Assembly: GCA_965140785.1 (NCBI GenBank)
Contig: OZ223518.1
Location: 32,001 to 96,000, forward strand
Length of the DNA: 64,000 bases
Reading direction: 5' to 3'
Source of the DNA: an uncultured Ruficoccus sp.
Lineage (GTDB): Bacteria; Verrucomicrobiota; Verrucomicrobiia; Opitutales; Cerasicoccaceae
Shown piece after piece: positions 27,581 to 36,887 of this stretch; position 1 is the first letter of the stretch, and each line of letters opens with the position of its first letter. Under the pieces are notes generated by a model. It was not told the DNA's origin, did no database searches, and saw only the letters and a list, made by a program, of their open reading frames with translations. The translations under genes were made by a program, and so were the position numbers.

Positions 27581-28906
27581 TTATTCGGCGTGCTGAAATT
27601 TTGACTGAACGAGATTCCTCAGATTATCTTTCAGCTCCTCGTTGTCGATCTTTTCGATGATCTCCTCGAAGAAGCCGAACACGAGCAGCTCGTAGGCGGC
27701 TTGTTTCGGGATGCCGCGTGCTCGCAGGTAGTAGAGCTGTTCCGCGTCGATCTGGCCGGTGGTGGCTCCGTGGGAGCATTTAACGTCGTTGGCCTCGATC
27801 TCCAGCCCCGGCAGCGAGCAAGCCTCGGCGGTGGGGGAGAGGAGGAGGTTGCGGTTGGTCTGGTAGGCGTCGGTCTGCTGGCCGGTGGGCTCGACCAGGA
27901 TCATGCCGGAGAAGATCGTCCGGGCATTGTCGAGGAGCGCGTTTTTATAAAGCAGATCGCTGGTGGCGTGCTCGCCGACGTGGGTCTGGAGCGTGCGCTG
28001 GTCAAACTCCTGCTCGCCAGTGGCGACGGTGAGCGAGTACATCTTGACGTCCGCGCCGGCGCCTTCGACACGGGTCTGGTTTTCCAGGCGGGCGTAGAGA
28101 GCGCCGAGGTTGACCGCGATAGTCTTCACCTGCGCGTCGCGGTGGGCGATGTTCGCCTCGACCTGAAAGGACTGCGCGGCGGGGGCGAGGTTCTGCACGA
28201 CCTTGCGGAATACCTGCGAGCCGGGTCCGGCGTGAATGGTGCCGGTGGCGATGGACAGCGACGGCTCGGGGGGCATTTCCCGGGGCGAGCCGTAGTAGTC
28301 CACGAAGTCCACCTTGCCGTTATCCTCGGTCACGAGCAGGGTGTGCGGGAAAATGGCCTCCTCGGTGTCGCTACACCAGTAGTAGGCGAAGAACGGGTCC
28401 TTGATCTCGACGCCCTTGGGCACGTAGAGGAAGGCGCCGTCTTGGAAGAAGGCGTTGTGCAGCGCGAGCAGCTTGTCCGAGCCGAGCTTCTGGTCCTCGG
28501 CCAGGAAGTACTTGCGGACGAGCTCAGGGTGCTCGGTGAAGGCCTGGCTGAGCGGCATCCATACAACGCCCTGCTTGATCAGCTCCTCGGCGGCGGCGTC
28601 GAAGGCCACGAGCCGGTTATCCACGAAGACGAGGCGACCCGCGCTCTTAGAGGACAGGTCGGAGCGGGCGATGAGCTGTTCCTTCTGCTCGGGCGTGGTC
28701 TCGGTGGCCGGGCGGAAGGCGTCCAAGTCAATGTTTTTAATGCCGGAGAAGCGCCAGCGCTCGTCCTTGCGCGAGGGCATCGGCAGCGTGGTATAGGCGT
28801 CCCAGTTGCTGCGTTTGATCTCCTGCAGCCACGGCAGCTCGGCCCAGGCGGCCAAGTGCGCGTCGAAGGTGGCGGCGTCAAAAGCGGGTTTATCTAAGGT
28901 TGGCAT
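27581..28906 (-). CDS. sufD: Fe-S assembly protein SufD
   Basis: [33 protein letters not shown]. Confidence 0.93.
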   Translation of the reverse strand: MPTLDKPAFDAATFDAHLAAWAELPWLQEIKRSNWDAYTTLPMPSRKDERWRFSGIKNIDLDAFRPATETTPEQKEQLIARSDLSSKSAGRLVFVDNRLVAFDAAAEELIKQGVVWMPLSQAFTEHPELVRKYFLAEDQKLGSDKLLALHNAFFQDGAFLYVPKGVEIKDPFFAYYWCSDTEEAIFPHTLLVTEDNGKVDFVDYYGSPREMPPEPSLSIATGTIHAGPGSQVFRKVVQNLAPAAQSFQVEANIAHRDAQVKTIAVNLGALYARLENQTRVEGAGADVKMYSLTVATGEQEFDQRTLQTHVGEHATSDLLYKNALLDNARTIFSGMILVEPTGQQTDAYQTNRNLLLSPTAEACSLPGLEIEANDVKCSHGATTGQIDAEQLYYLRARGIPKQAAYELLVFGFFEEIIEKIDNEELKDNLRNLVQSKFQHAE

Positions 28907-28943
28907 CTCTAACTGTTTAAGAATGTAAAATTGTCTTCGGGCT

Positions 28944-29678
28944 TTAGTTATAGCGTTGGGTAATGTCTTCGACGGCCTGGCTATAGGCTTTGGCTTTCAA
29001 CTCTGAGACTTGGTCGTCATGTTGTGAATGGCGCGTATAACTGGCGGTGTTGGTCTTGTCCTCGTAGGAAACTGGCGTGAGTAAATCCCAGTCGCCAGAA
29101 AGCGTATCGATGATGGCAATCTTCAGTCTGATTCTCATCTGCTGCTGCTCATCCGGCACGGCTCCACCGACGATGGGGATCCATGACACGGCCTTGGTTG
29201 CATAGGCGTCCTGCGTGATTTCGAGCTGACCCCAGTACACGATTATGTAGGGGGCACCACCTCTTGCAGCTGCCAGCCGGAGGGATTTGTCTAGCGGCGG
29301 GACTTCATTCTTGGAGTCAACACCCGTCCACGCTCGACTATTGCCGTTGTCAGGAACTCCGCTCAGCGGGATCACATCATAGGCATTCTTCAGCCCATTA
29401 AGCATGCCATTGTCCGGAAAGGCCGCTCCAGACTGAATCAACACGATGGTATCACCATGCTTCAGGCCGACCTCTCCGGAACCGTTTTTGAGGGCATTGG
29501 CGATTTCCTGCTCGGTTATCTCATTCCCGCTGGCGCTGATTCCCAGGACAGAGAGCTCATTGAGCTCACCTTGATAGCCCCTGTCATGGTGGTAGCCCGC
29601 GTCTGAGATCGAGCGGGTTTCGCAGCCTGCAAAAAGCAGGCATGCCGTTAGCGCCAGGATGGTGATGGTTGTTTTCAT
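28944..29678 (-). CDS. Hypothetical lipoprotein inserted between sufB and sufD
   Basis: Lipobox FAG-C; codon usage less GC3-biased than the suf genes. Confidence 0.75.
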   Translation of the reverse strand: MKTTITILALTACLLFAGCETRSISDAGYHHDRGYQGELNELSVLGISASGNEITEQEIANALKNGSGEVGLKHGDTIVLIQSGAAFPDNGMLNGLKNAYDVIPLSGVPDNGNSRAWTGVDSKNEVPPLDKSLRLAAARGGAPYIIVYWGQLEITQDAYATKAVSWIPIVGGAVPDEQQQMRIRLKIAIIDTLSGDWDLLTPVSYEDKTNTASYTRHSQHDDQVSELKAKAYSQAVEDITQRYN

Positions 29679-29718
29679 GCGATGGATAGTAGAGAATGAA
29701 TCGGTTGATGAGTCCGAC

Positions 29719-31131
29719 TTAGCCGACGGAGCCTTCCATCTCCAGGTCGATGAGTCGCTTGAGCTCGACGGAGTACTCCATGGGGAACTCGCGCACGAGG
29801 TCGTTGACGAAGCCGTTGACGGCCAGGCTCATGGCCTCGCCCTCGTTCATGCCGCGCTGCTGCATGTAGAAGATCTGCTCGGCGCTGACCTTGGAGACGC
29901 TGGCCTCGTGCTGGACGCTGTTGTGGTCGCCGCGCACGTTGATGGCCGGGTAGGTGTCGGTGCGGCTGTTGGTGTTGATGAGCAGCGCGTCGCACTCGGT
30001 GTTGTTTTTGCAGCCCTTGAGGTGCTTGGGGATCTGGACCAGTCCGCGGTAGCTGGAGCGGCCCTTGCCCACGCTGATGGACTTGGAAATAATATTGGAG
30101 GTGGTCTCGTCGGCGGCGTGGACCATCTTCGCGCCCGTGTCCTGGTGCTGGCCGTCGTTGGCCAGGGCGATGGAGAGGACCTCGCCGCGGGCCTTGCGGC
30201 CCTTGAGGACGACGCCGGGATATTTCATCGTCAGGCGCGAGCCGATGTTGCAGTCGATCCAGCGCACCTCGGCCTCTTCCATGGCCATGCCGCGCTTGGT
30301 CACGAGGTTGAAGACGTTGTTGGACCAGTTCTGCACGGTGATGTACTGGATCTTGGCGCCGGGCATGGCGATCAGCTCGACCACGGCCGAGTGCAGGGTG
30401 GCCGTGTCGAACTTCGGGGCGGTGCAGCCCTCCATGTAGGTCATTTCGCTGCCCTCATCGGCAATGATGAGCGTGCGCTCGAACTGGCCGAAGTTCTCCG
30501 CGTTGATGCGGAAGTAGGCCTGGAGCGGCTGGGCGACCTTCACGCCCGGGGGCACGTAGATGAAGCTGCCGCCCGAGAAGCACGCGCTGTTGAGCGCGGA
30601 GAATTTATTGTCCCCGCTGGGGATGACCTTGCCGAACCACTTTTTGAAAATCTCAGGGTACTCGTGCAGCCCCTCGTGCGGGCCGACGAAGATCACGCCC
30701 AGCTCGCCCAGCTCCTCCTTCATGCGGGAGTAAACGGCCTCGGAGTCGAACTGCGCCTCGACCCCGGCGAGGAACTTGCGCTCGCTCTCGGGGATGCCGA
30801 GGCGCTCGAAGGTCTGCTTGACGTCGTCGGGCACCTCGTCCCACGAGCGGCTGGCCTTCTGACCCTTGGCCAGGTAGTAGCGCACGTCGTCAAAGACGAT
30901 GTTCTCCAAGTCCTTGGAGGCCCAGTTCGTCGGCAGGGGCTTGTCCTGGAAAATCTTGAGGGCGCGTTTGCGGAACTCGCGCACCCAGTCGGCTTCGTTC
31001 TTGGCGTTGGAAATGTAGTCGATGGTGTCCTGGCGCAGGCCGATGCCGGCGTCAAAGGCGTAGTCTTCGGCAAAGGAAAAGTCACCTTTGCTGCGGTCGA
31101 TGTCCAGATCGGGTGTGGCAGTGTCGCTCAT
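29719..31131 (-). CDS. sufB: Fe-S assembly protein SufB
   Basis: [44 protein letters not shown]. Confidence 0.97.
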   Translation of the reverse strand: MSDTATPDLDIDRSKGDFSFAEDYAFDAGIGLRQDTIDYISNAKNEADWVREFRKRALKIFQDKPLPTNWASKDLENIVFDDVRYYLAKGQKASRSWDEVPDDVKQTFERLGIPESERKFLAGVEAQFDSEAVYSRMKEELGELGVIFVGPHEGLHEYPEIFKKWFGKVIPSGDNKFSALNSACFSGGSFIYVPPGVKVAQPLQAYFRINAENFGQFERTLIIADEGSEMTYMEGCTAPKFDTATLHSAVVELIAMPGAKIQYITVQNWSNNVFNLVTKRGMAMEEAEVRWIDCNIGSRLTMKYPGVVLKGRKARGEVLSIALANDGQHQDTGAKMVHAADETTSNIISKSISVGKGRSSYRGLVQIPKHLKGCKNNTECDALLINTNSRTDTYPAINVRGDHNSVQHEASVSKVSAEQIFYMQQRGMNEGEAMSLAVNGFVNDLVREFPMEYSVELKRLIDLEMEGSVG

Positions 31132-31135
31132 AATA

Positions 31136-31177
31136 AGTTTAAAAGTTTAAGGTTTGAAAGTTTGAGAGTTGAGGGAG
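31136..31177. repeat. Degenerate 8-mer array (GTTTGARR) directly upstream of the sufB start
   Basis: gtttaaaa gtttaag gtttgaaa gtttgaga gttgaggg. Confidence 0.85.
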
Positions 31178-31227
31178 TGGTCTGTTGCACGGCTGTATCC
31201 AAAATGTCGATACGCTATTGATTCTTC

Positions 31228-32235
31228 TTAACGGTCCAGCACGATGCGGTAGCGGGCCTGGCCGGAGCGCAGGTGCTCGAAGGCATCGTTGATCTTGTCC
31301 ATGGGGAAGTGTTCGGTCACAGGCGCGATCTGGTGGCGGGCGCAGAACTCCAGCATATCGCCGACGGTGGCGGGGCTGCCCATGGGGGAGCCACTGATGG
31401 AGAGCTGGCCACCGATCAACTGGAAGGGGACGAACTCGCTCTGCGGCGCGGCGCCGACGAAGTGGAGCTTGCCGCCGGGGCGCAGGGCCGAGAGGTACGC
31501 GCCCCACTCGAGCCCGACATTGACGGTGACGAGCACCATGTCGAGCGAGCCCTGGATCTTCTTGACCGCCTCGGGGTCGCGGGAGGTGACGAAGTGGTGC
31601 GCACCCATTTTGCGGGCTTCCTCCTCCTTGTCCGGGCTGGAGGAAAACGCCGTCACCTCGCAGCCCCAGGCGTTGGCGAACTGGAGGGCGAGGTGGCCGA
31701 GGCCCCCGATGCCGACCACGCCGATGCGCTGTGTCGGGCGGATTTCGTTGATGACAAAGGGATTGAACACCGTGATGCCACCGCAGAAAAGCGGGCCGGC
31801 CTTGGCCGCGTCGAGCGCGGCGGGCAGCGGGATGGCCCACTCGCTCTTGCACACCGCGTGGCTGCCGAAGGCACCGTGTCGGCCCACGATGGTCTGCTCC
31901 GCGCCGGAGCAGCGGTTGTGGTGGCCGCTCATGCACTCGCGACAGTGCATGCACGAGCCGGAGAACCAGCCCAGGCCTACACGCTGCCCAAGCTGCAGGT
32001 GGGAGACGTGGTCGCCCTTCCACAGGATCGTGCCAATGGCCTCATGCCCGCCGACGAACGGATAGGCCGACAGCCCCCAGTCGTTGTCGAGCATGGACAG
32101 GTCGCTGTGGCAGATACCGCAGTGCTCAACCGCGATCAACACATCGTCCGCGTCCAGCTCGTCCGCCTTGTACTCGAAGGGTTCGAGAGCGGCTTTGGCT
32201 TTCGGGGCGGCGTAGGCTTTGATCGTTGTGCTCAT
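31228..32235 (-). CDS. Zn-dependent NADPH aldehyde reductase / alcohol dehydrogenase (Ahr/YjgB-like)
   Basis: CGICHSD, GHE, structural C-x2-C-x2-C-x7-C, GIGGLG, ARYRIVL. Confidence 0.9.
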   Translation of the reverse strand: MSTTIKAYAAPKAKAALEPFEYKADELDADDVLIAVEHCGICHSDLSMLDNDWGLSAYPFVGGHEAIGTILWKGDHVSHLQLGQRVGLGWFSGSCMHCRECMSGHHNRCSGAEQTIVGRHGAFGSHAVCKSEWAIPLPAALDAAKAGPLFCGGITVFNPFVINEIRPTQRIGVVGIGGLGHLALQFANAWGCEVTAFSSSPDKEEEARKMGAHHFVTSRDPEAVKKIQGSLDMVLVTVNVGLEWGAYLSALRPGGKLHFVGAAPQSEFVPFQLIGGQLSISGSPMGSPATVGDMLEFCARHQIAPVTEHFPMDKINDAFEHLRSGQARYRIVLDR

Positions 32236-32714
32236 TAAGCGTTTGAAGGTTTGAGAGTTTGAGGGTTTGAGAGTTGATGGGCGGGGCTGAGGTCGAACGC
32301 TTCGTCTGGTTCGCGGAGTTCAGCGGGCTTGAATTTCATGCCCTTGATCTCTGACTTCGCCAGGTAGTTGATGAAACCGCTCAGGAGGGTTTCGGCTTCG
32401 GAGGCGAGTGCATAGGCCAAGTCGAATTGCTTTTGAGAGACATAAGACACGTCCAACATGACGTAGAGCTGGCTCTTGACTTCGGCCAGCGAGCCGCGGG
32501 CAATGTACAGGAACTGCAAAAACTCCCGGTTCCCACTGCGCCCAAAGCCCTCGGCGATATTAGACATGACCGAAATACTGCTGCGCCGAATTTGATCGCA
32601 CAGAGCAAAGTCCCGGACGACAGCTTCGGCGGACGTGAGACCATAGACCAAGCGCGAAAGCTCGCGAGCTTTCTGCCAGGCCTGAATCTCTTCAAATGTC
32701 CGGATGCTTGCCAT
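32235..32714 (-). CDS. Four helix bundle protein (23S rRNA IVS protein / TIGR02436-like)
   Basis: [46 protein letters not shown]. Confidence 0.93.
   Translation of the reverse strand: MASIRTFEEIQAWQKARELSRLVYGLTSAEAVVRDFALCDQIRRSSISVMSNIAEGFGRSGNREFLQFLYIARGSLAEVKSQLYVMLDVSYVSQKQFDLAYALASEAETLLSGFINYLAKSEIKGMKFKPAELREPDEAFDLSPAHQLSNPQTLKPSNA
32241..32277. repeat. 8-mer array inside the 3' end of the four-helix-bundle gene
   Basis: gtttgaag gtttgaga gtttgagg gtttgaga gttga. Confidence 0.9.
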
Positions 32715-32720
32715 CAACTG

Positions 32721-32760
32721 AACTTTCAAACTCTCAAACAATAAACTCTCAAACTCCCTC
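32721..32760. repeat. 8-mer array in inverted orientation (TCTCAAAC) between sufC stop and four-helix-bundle start
   Basis: aactttcaaactctcaaacaataaactctcaaactccctc. Confidence 0.9.
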
Positions 32761-32769
32761 AGCCTCGGC

Positions 32770-33528
32770 TTAAGCCGACGCGGGGGCCAACTCTTCCTTG
32801 ACCCAGTCGTAGCCCTTTTCCTCGAGTTCGAGGGCGAGGGTCTTGTCGCCGCTCTTGACGATGTGGCCGTTGTACATGACGTGGACGACGTCCGGCACGA
32901 TGTAGTCGAGCAGGCGCTGGTAGTGGGTGATGACGAGGAAGCCGCGATCGGGGCCGCGCATCTGGTTGACGCCCTCAGCGACGATGCGCAGGGCGTCGAT
33001 GTCGAGGCCGGAGTCGGTCTCGTCCATGATGGCGTACTCGGGCTTGAGCATCATCATCTGGAGAATTTCGCAGCGCTTCTTTTCGCCGCCGGAGAAGCCG
33101 TCATTGACCGAGCGGGAGGTGAAGGAGCGGTCCATCTTGAGCTGGTCCATGGCGGCGTAGAGCTCCTTGTAGTACTTCGTGGCGACGATGTTCTCGCCCT
33201 CGGGCAGACGGGCCTGAACGGCGGCGCGGATGAAGTTGGCGATGGTCACACCGGGGATCTCTGCCGGGTACTGAAAAGCGAGGAAGAGGCCGGCGCGGGC
33301 GATTTCGTCCGGCTCCATACCGACAATATTCGTCCCGTCGAGGAGGGCTTCGCCACCGATGATGTCGTAGTCCTCGTGGCCGGCGAGGGCCTTGGCCAGG
33401 GTGCTTTTACCGGTCCCGTTGGGGCCCATGATGGCATGGACCTCGCCCTTGGGAACGGAGAGGTTGAATTCCTTAAGGATCGGCTTGTCGCCGATACTGA
33501 CGGTCAGGTTACGGATATCCAGTGACAT
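32770..33528 (-). CDS. sufC: Fe-S assembly ATPase SufC
   Basis: [40 protein letters not shown]. Confidence 0.97.
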   Translation of the reverse strand: MSLDIRNLTVSIGDKPILKEFNLSVPKGEVHAIMGPNGTGKSTLAKALAGHEDYDIIGGEALLDGTNIVGMEPDEIARAGLFLAFQYPAEIPGVTIANFIRAAVQARLPEGENIVATKYYKELYAAMDQLKMDRSFTSRSVNDGFSGGEKKRCEILQMMMLKPEYAIMDETDSGLDIDALRIVAEGVNQMRGPDRGFLVITHYQRLLDYIVPDVVHVMYNGHIVKSGDKTLALELEEKGYDWVKEELAPASA

Positions 33529-33534
33529 GATGTG

Positions 33535-33574
33535 TAAATGGCTGATTGTTAATTGTTAAATGGCTAATTGATAA
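33535..33574. repeat. 7/8-mer AT-rich array directly upstream of the sufC start
   Basis: taaatggc tgattgt taattgt taaatggc taattga. Confidence 0.75.
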
Positions 33575-33605
33575 AGGGCTACTGGTTGGTCTGGGGGCCT
33601 CCGGC

Positions 33606-34052
33606 TCAGGAAGTGTGGTCGGGGCTAAGGCCCTTGGGCGCATAGCCGCTGAAACTGAGTTTAAATTTCTTCGCCTCGAAACCGGATGGGAGGACGTTCG
33701 TGATCTCACGCATGAAGTTTTCGGGCAAATCGATATCGAACACCCGTCCGGTGGCCTCGTCCAGAAAATGTGCGTGCTCGCCGTCGTTAGGGCAGAAGCG
33801 GCTGGGTTCGCGCTCGTAGTTGAGCTTTTTCACCAAGTCGCACTCGACGAGGGTCTCCAGGCAGTTATAGACGGTGGCGAGCGAAATGGAAGGCATGGCC
33901 TGCTTGGCTCGGGCGTACACCTCGTCGGCCGTCGGGTGGTCGCGCTGGGTGAGAAGGACCAGATAGACGTGCTCGCGCTGGCGGGTGGCGCGCAGGCCGT
34001 TTTGCAGCAGGGCGTCCTCCAGTTCGTGTTTGGCGTTGGTGGCTAATTTCAT
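33606..34052 (-). CDS. Fur-family transcriptional regulator (Irr/PerR-like, lacks CxxC motifs)
   Basis: GLRATRQR, HPTADEVY, SLATVYNCL, EHAHF. Confidence 0.9.
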   Translation of the reverse strand: MKLATNAKHELEDALLQNGLRATRQREHVYLVLLTQRDHPTADEVYARAKQAMPSISLATVYNCLETLVECDLVKKLNYEREPSRFCPNDGEHAHFLDEATGRVFDIDLPENFMREITNVLPSGFEAKKFKLSFSGYAPKGLSPDHTS

Positions 34053-34075
34053 GGATGAAAACAGGGCTTAACTAA

Positions 34076-34092
34076 ATTGGAATGATTCCAGA
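34076..34092. promoter_or_regulatory. ICE-like (Irr) box
   Basis: ATTGGAATGATTCCAGA matches TTTRGAAYNRTTCYAAA at 15/17 positions. Confidence 0.5.
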
Positions 34093-34103
34093 AATCAACC
34101 GAA

Positions 34104-34178
34104 ATTGAGAATTATTTTCATTACAATTAGCAATATTTCTCATGGGGATTGCGTAAACAAATAATGATTATCGTTACA
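34104..34178. promoter_or_regulatory. Two Fur-box-like sites
   Basis: ATTGAGAATTATTTTCATT (34104) and AATAATGATTATCGTTACA (34160; 14/19 to the E. coli Fur box). Confidence 0.5.
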
Positions 34179-34181
34179 AAT

Positions 34182-34198
34182 AGCAGGCGAACTGCCAA
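34182..34198 (-). promoter_or_regulatory. Candidate sigma-54 promoter for the regulator-suf operon
   Basis: Minus strand TTGGCAGTTCGCCTGCT = GG-N10-GC. Confidence 0.35.
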
Positions 34199-34237
34199 GT
34201 GGAGGGGGAAGGGGTGGATTTTGGGTGAAAACGACAG

Positions 34238-34267
34238 AAAAAAGCCCGGGGTGGTGGCCCGGGCTTT
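34238..34267 (-). terminator. Rho-independent terminator after the 28-aa ORF
   Basis: aaagcccggg-N7-cccgggcttt with a U-run on the minus strand. Confidence 0.8.
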
Positions 34268-34306
34268 GCAGTGCTGGTTGTCGAAGCGGTGTTTATGCGA
34301 GCACGA

Positions 34307-34393
34307 CTACTGCGGTATCTTGTTCTCGCAGCAGGAGAACAGGAAGGTTGCTGCCACACACACCGCTACGGTTATGAGTGCTACGCTAAACAT
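34307..34393 (-). CDS. Unannotated 28-aa peptide MFSVALITVAVCVAATFLFSCCENKIPQ
   Basis: ATG..TAG, hydrophobic stretch, AT-rich leader, own terminator 40 nt downstream. Confidence 0.55.
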   Translation of the reverse strand: MFSVALITVAVCVAATFLFSCCENKIPQ

Positions 34394-34566
34394 GATAATA
34401 ATATAGACGTGGCTCGTGGGAATTCCTGACGATATAGTCAAAAAAAGGTGTTTTTCGTCCGCAACGGGGGGTGAGCACCGGCTCCAGACGGGGACCCGAG
34501 AGCGCGACGGGGTGAAAAAATGCCGTTGCCATCGACGGGCGCATTTTTCAAACAGGCCCTGAACAT

Positions 34567-34932
34567 ATGGAAACTTTTGAAAATCCCCACCCGGGCCGTG
34601 ACTACCTGATCCAGCACATCGCCGAGGAATTCACCTCCGTGTGCCCGAAAACGGGCCACCCGGACTTCGGCACCGTGGTGTTGACCTACATCCCGGCCCA
34701 GCTCTGCGTCGAACTCAAGGCCTACAAGCTCTACCTGCACGACTTCCGCAACAAGGGGATCTTCTTCGAGGCCGTGACGAACAAGATCATGGACGACTTG
34801 TGCGAGGTGCTCCAGCCCCGCTGGCTGCGTATCGAAACGATCTGGAAGGGCCGCGGGGGCATCCGCTCCGTCGTCCGTATCGAGCAGGCCGCCGACGACT
34901 TCGACGGGCCGACGCCGCCGTACTTCGGCTAG
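34567..34932 (+). CDS. queF: NADPH-dependent 7-cyano-7-deazaguanine reductase (short form)
   Basis: EFTSVCPKTGHPDF and QueF motif ELKAYKLY. Confidence 0.92.
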   Translation: METFENPHPGRDYLIQHIAEEFTSVCPKTGHPDFGTVVLTYIPAQLCVELKAYKLYLHDFRNKGIFFEAVTNKIMDDLCEVLQPRWLRIETIWKGRGGIRSVVRIEQAADDFDGPTPPYFG

Positions 34933-35007
34933 TTTACTCAGCGAGGTGCTGAGGAGAAATGCTACGGGTCTCGCTCAGGCGCAAAAGGCGGCATCACCTC
35001 CCGGGGC

Positions 35008-35637
35008 TCAGACCGGCATCGTAATGTAGTGGAGAAACTCGTTGCGGTGCAGCAGCTCGATGCAGTCGCTCAGCACAATCGCGAGCAGAAACCAGACGAC
35101 CTCACGCAGGCCGCGCTCGATGATTCTCGGGTTCACGGTGATCTCCTCCGTGCGTTCGAGATGCAGGCCGCGCGGCCAGAAGCGCGGGATGTGCGCCACG
35201 TAGGCATCGAAGCTTGGACCAAAGAGGTCCCGGAGCCGGCTTTCCTCGCTCTGGATGACGCCCCGGTAATAGGATAGAAACAGGACCGCTGCGATCGAGG
35301 CGAGGATCAGGTTTTGCGCGGCGAGGAAGAAGCCGACGACCCCGATAAAGGAAAACAGGTACAGGGGATTGCGGCAAAGAGAATACGGGCCGGTCTGGCA
35401 CAGTTCCTTGTTCTTGCGCCCGGCGATGTACACCAGGCACCAGATGCGCCCCATGGCCGCAAACACGAGCAGGGTCATGCCGAGAAATTCCATCCCCTCA
35501 TAGGGCATGGAGCGGAAGCCGGATGGCACGCTGATCAGGACGCCTGCAAACAGCGCGCAGGCCATGATGAGGGAGACGGGCTTGCGGAGCCGCTCGAAGT
35601 TTTCCAGATACCGTGCCAGGTTTCCAAAGATACTCAT
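35008..35637 (-). CDS. ICMT/PEMT-family membrane methyltransferase
   Basis: GPYSLCRNPLY, EESRL..LFG..F..Y....PRFWP. Confidence 0.85.
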   Translation of the reverse strand: MSIFGNLARYLENFERLRKPVSLIMACALFAGVLISVPSGFRSMPYEGMEFLGMTLLVFAAMGRIWCLVYIAGRKNKELCQTGPYSLCRNPLYLFSFIGVVGFFLAAQNLILASIAAVLFLSYYRGVIQSEESRLRDLFGPSFDAYVAHIPRFWPRGLHLERTEEITVNPRIIERGLREVVWFLLAIVLSDCIELLHRNEFLHYITMPV

Positions 35638-35780
35638 TGGAGCTTATGACGCTTCCGGGCTTGTCCGCGTTCAAAAAATAATTTGCACCAGCGCCGCTCG
35701 CTGCCCCTGATGGTGCCCAATCTGATTGCCGTGGCCCCGTGCTGGAAGAGGTCCCTTCCAGCTTTTTTTACAGCTGCGGG

Positions 35781-35990
35781 CTATTGCCCGTTGATGGACT
35801 CTTCCATCTGCTCCTCTTCGTAGCTGTTGATCTGGCCATCTGCCGCGAAGTTGTCCACCGACTGCGACTGCGTGGCATTCAGGCTCTTGATGGAGGTGGC
35901 GTTGGCGTCTTCCTCCACGTTTTTTTCGTACTGGGCGCAGCCTGCGAGCAGAGAGAGGGGCAGGAGAATAAGGAGAGCTTTATGCAGCAT
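35781..35990 (-). CDS. Small acidic lipoprotein (69 aa)
   Basis: Lipobox LAG-C; E/Q/N/S-rich mature part. Confidence 0.7.
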   Translation of the reverse strand: MLHKALLILLPLSLLAGCAQYEKNVEEDANATSIKSLNATQSQSVDNFAADGQINSYEEEQMEESINGQ

Positions 35991-36062
35991 GGTGGGAATC
36001 TGGTGGGTGGCGGGCTGTCTTACAAACCTAAAGCGTTGGGAGCTTGTGCTATCAGATATTGG

Positions 36063-36344
36063 TCAGGCCCGGTATCGGATGAGAAAATAGATACCGCTCA
36101 TAATTCCAATCGCTATCAACGTCCATCCGATGTACTCATCGGGAAGCACAACCGTGTAGTAGATGCCAAAGCCAAAGCACATTATAATCTGAAAAATAAG
36201 CCCCTGCTTCTTGATGGATTGAGGGTCTTTTGCGGCCCTGATCCGGAATTTTTCCAAGCTGGATCTGAAAAATATGATCGGGATGAGGCCAAGCATCAAA
36301 AAAACAAACAACGTCAGCGTCGGATGCCTACTTAATAGCTCCAT
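36063..36344 (-). CDS. Hypothetical 3-TM membrane protein (AT-rich orphan)
   Basis: Three hydrophobic segments; AT-rich codons. Confidence 0.6.
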   Translation of the reverse strand: MELLSRHPTLTLFVFLMLGLIPIIFFRSSLEKFRIRAAKDPQSIKKQGLIFQIIMCFGFGIYYTVVLPDEYIGWTLIAIGIMSGIYFLIRYRA

Positions 36345-36455
36345 GCCTTGCTCATACAACGTTTGTCTCTACGCATACAACCGTAAAGGGTATTCTGGGT
36401 AGGCTGCGGCTGCGCGTCGGCAATTCTAGATTGACTGAAATGCGTGCTCCTCGAC

Positions 36456-36887
36456 TTAAGCCGGGGCATACGTAGCCGAGTTCTTGGAGTCTTCGTCCAC
36501 CGTCACGGCGGTGACCCAGGCGCGGCCCTGGGAGTCGGCGCGTACGAGCTGGTCGAAAATCCCATGCAGGTGCATGGCGAGGCCCTCGCAGGAGCAGCTC
36601 TCGACCAGATAGACCTTGAAGGCCGCCGGGCAGGCGGCCACGAGGCGTTCGCGCAGGGGGTCGTCGTGATTGAGGACGCAGGCGTGGTCGAGGTTTTTGT
36701 CGATCCACTTGCGCAGGTACTTGAGCTTGCCGAAATCGACCACAAAGCCGTTGGCGTCGGGCTCGCGGCAAGCGAAGGTGACGTGGAGCGTCCAGTTGTG
36801 GCCGTGCAGCAGCGCGCAGTGGCCGTCGTGGCAGTGCTGGCGGTGGGCGAAGGGAATATCGGAGTAGGTCTTGCGGCAGGTCAGCAT
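36456..36887 (-). CDS. queD: 6-carboxytetrahydropterin synthase
   Basis: FAHR, C..LHGHNW, GFVVDFG, LDH; overlaps queC. Confidence 0.9.
   Translation of the reverse strand: MLTCRKTYSDIPFAHRQHCHDGHCALLHGHNWTLHVTFACREPDANGFVVDFGKLKYLRKWIDKNLDHACVLNHDDPLRERLVAACPAAFKVYLVESCSCEGLAMHLHGIFDQLVRADSQGRAWVTAVTVDEDSKNSATYAPA

Noticed and set aside
32235..32714. Diversity-generating retroelement (Avd-like protein)
   Set aside because: No reverse transcriptase and no template/variable repeat pair in the window.
32715..32741. ORF-track 5' extensions (four-helix bundle, recN, trmD, greA-like, tatD, mazG-like, trxB, ahpC, alr, clpX)
   Set aside because: The extensions run through repeats, promoters or neighbouring genes; starts were moved to the Met where family similarity begins.
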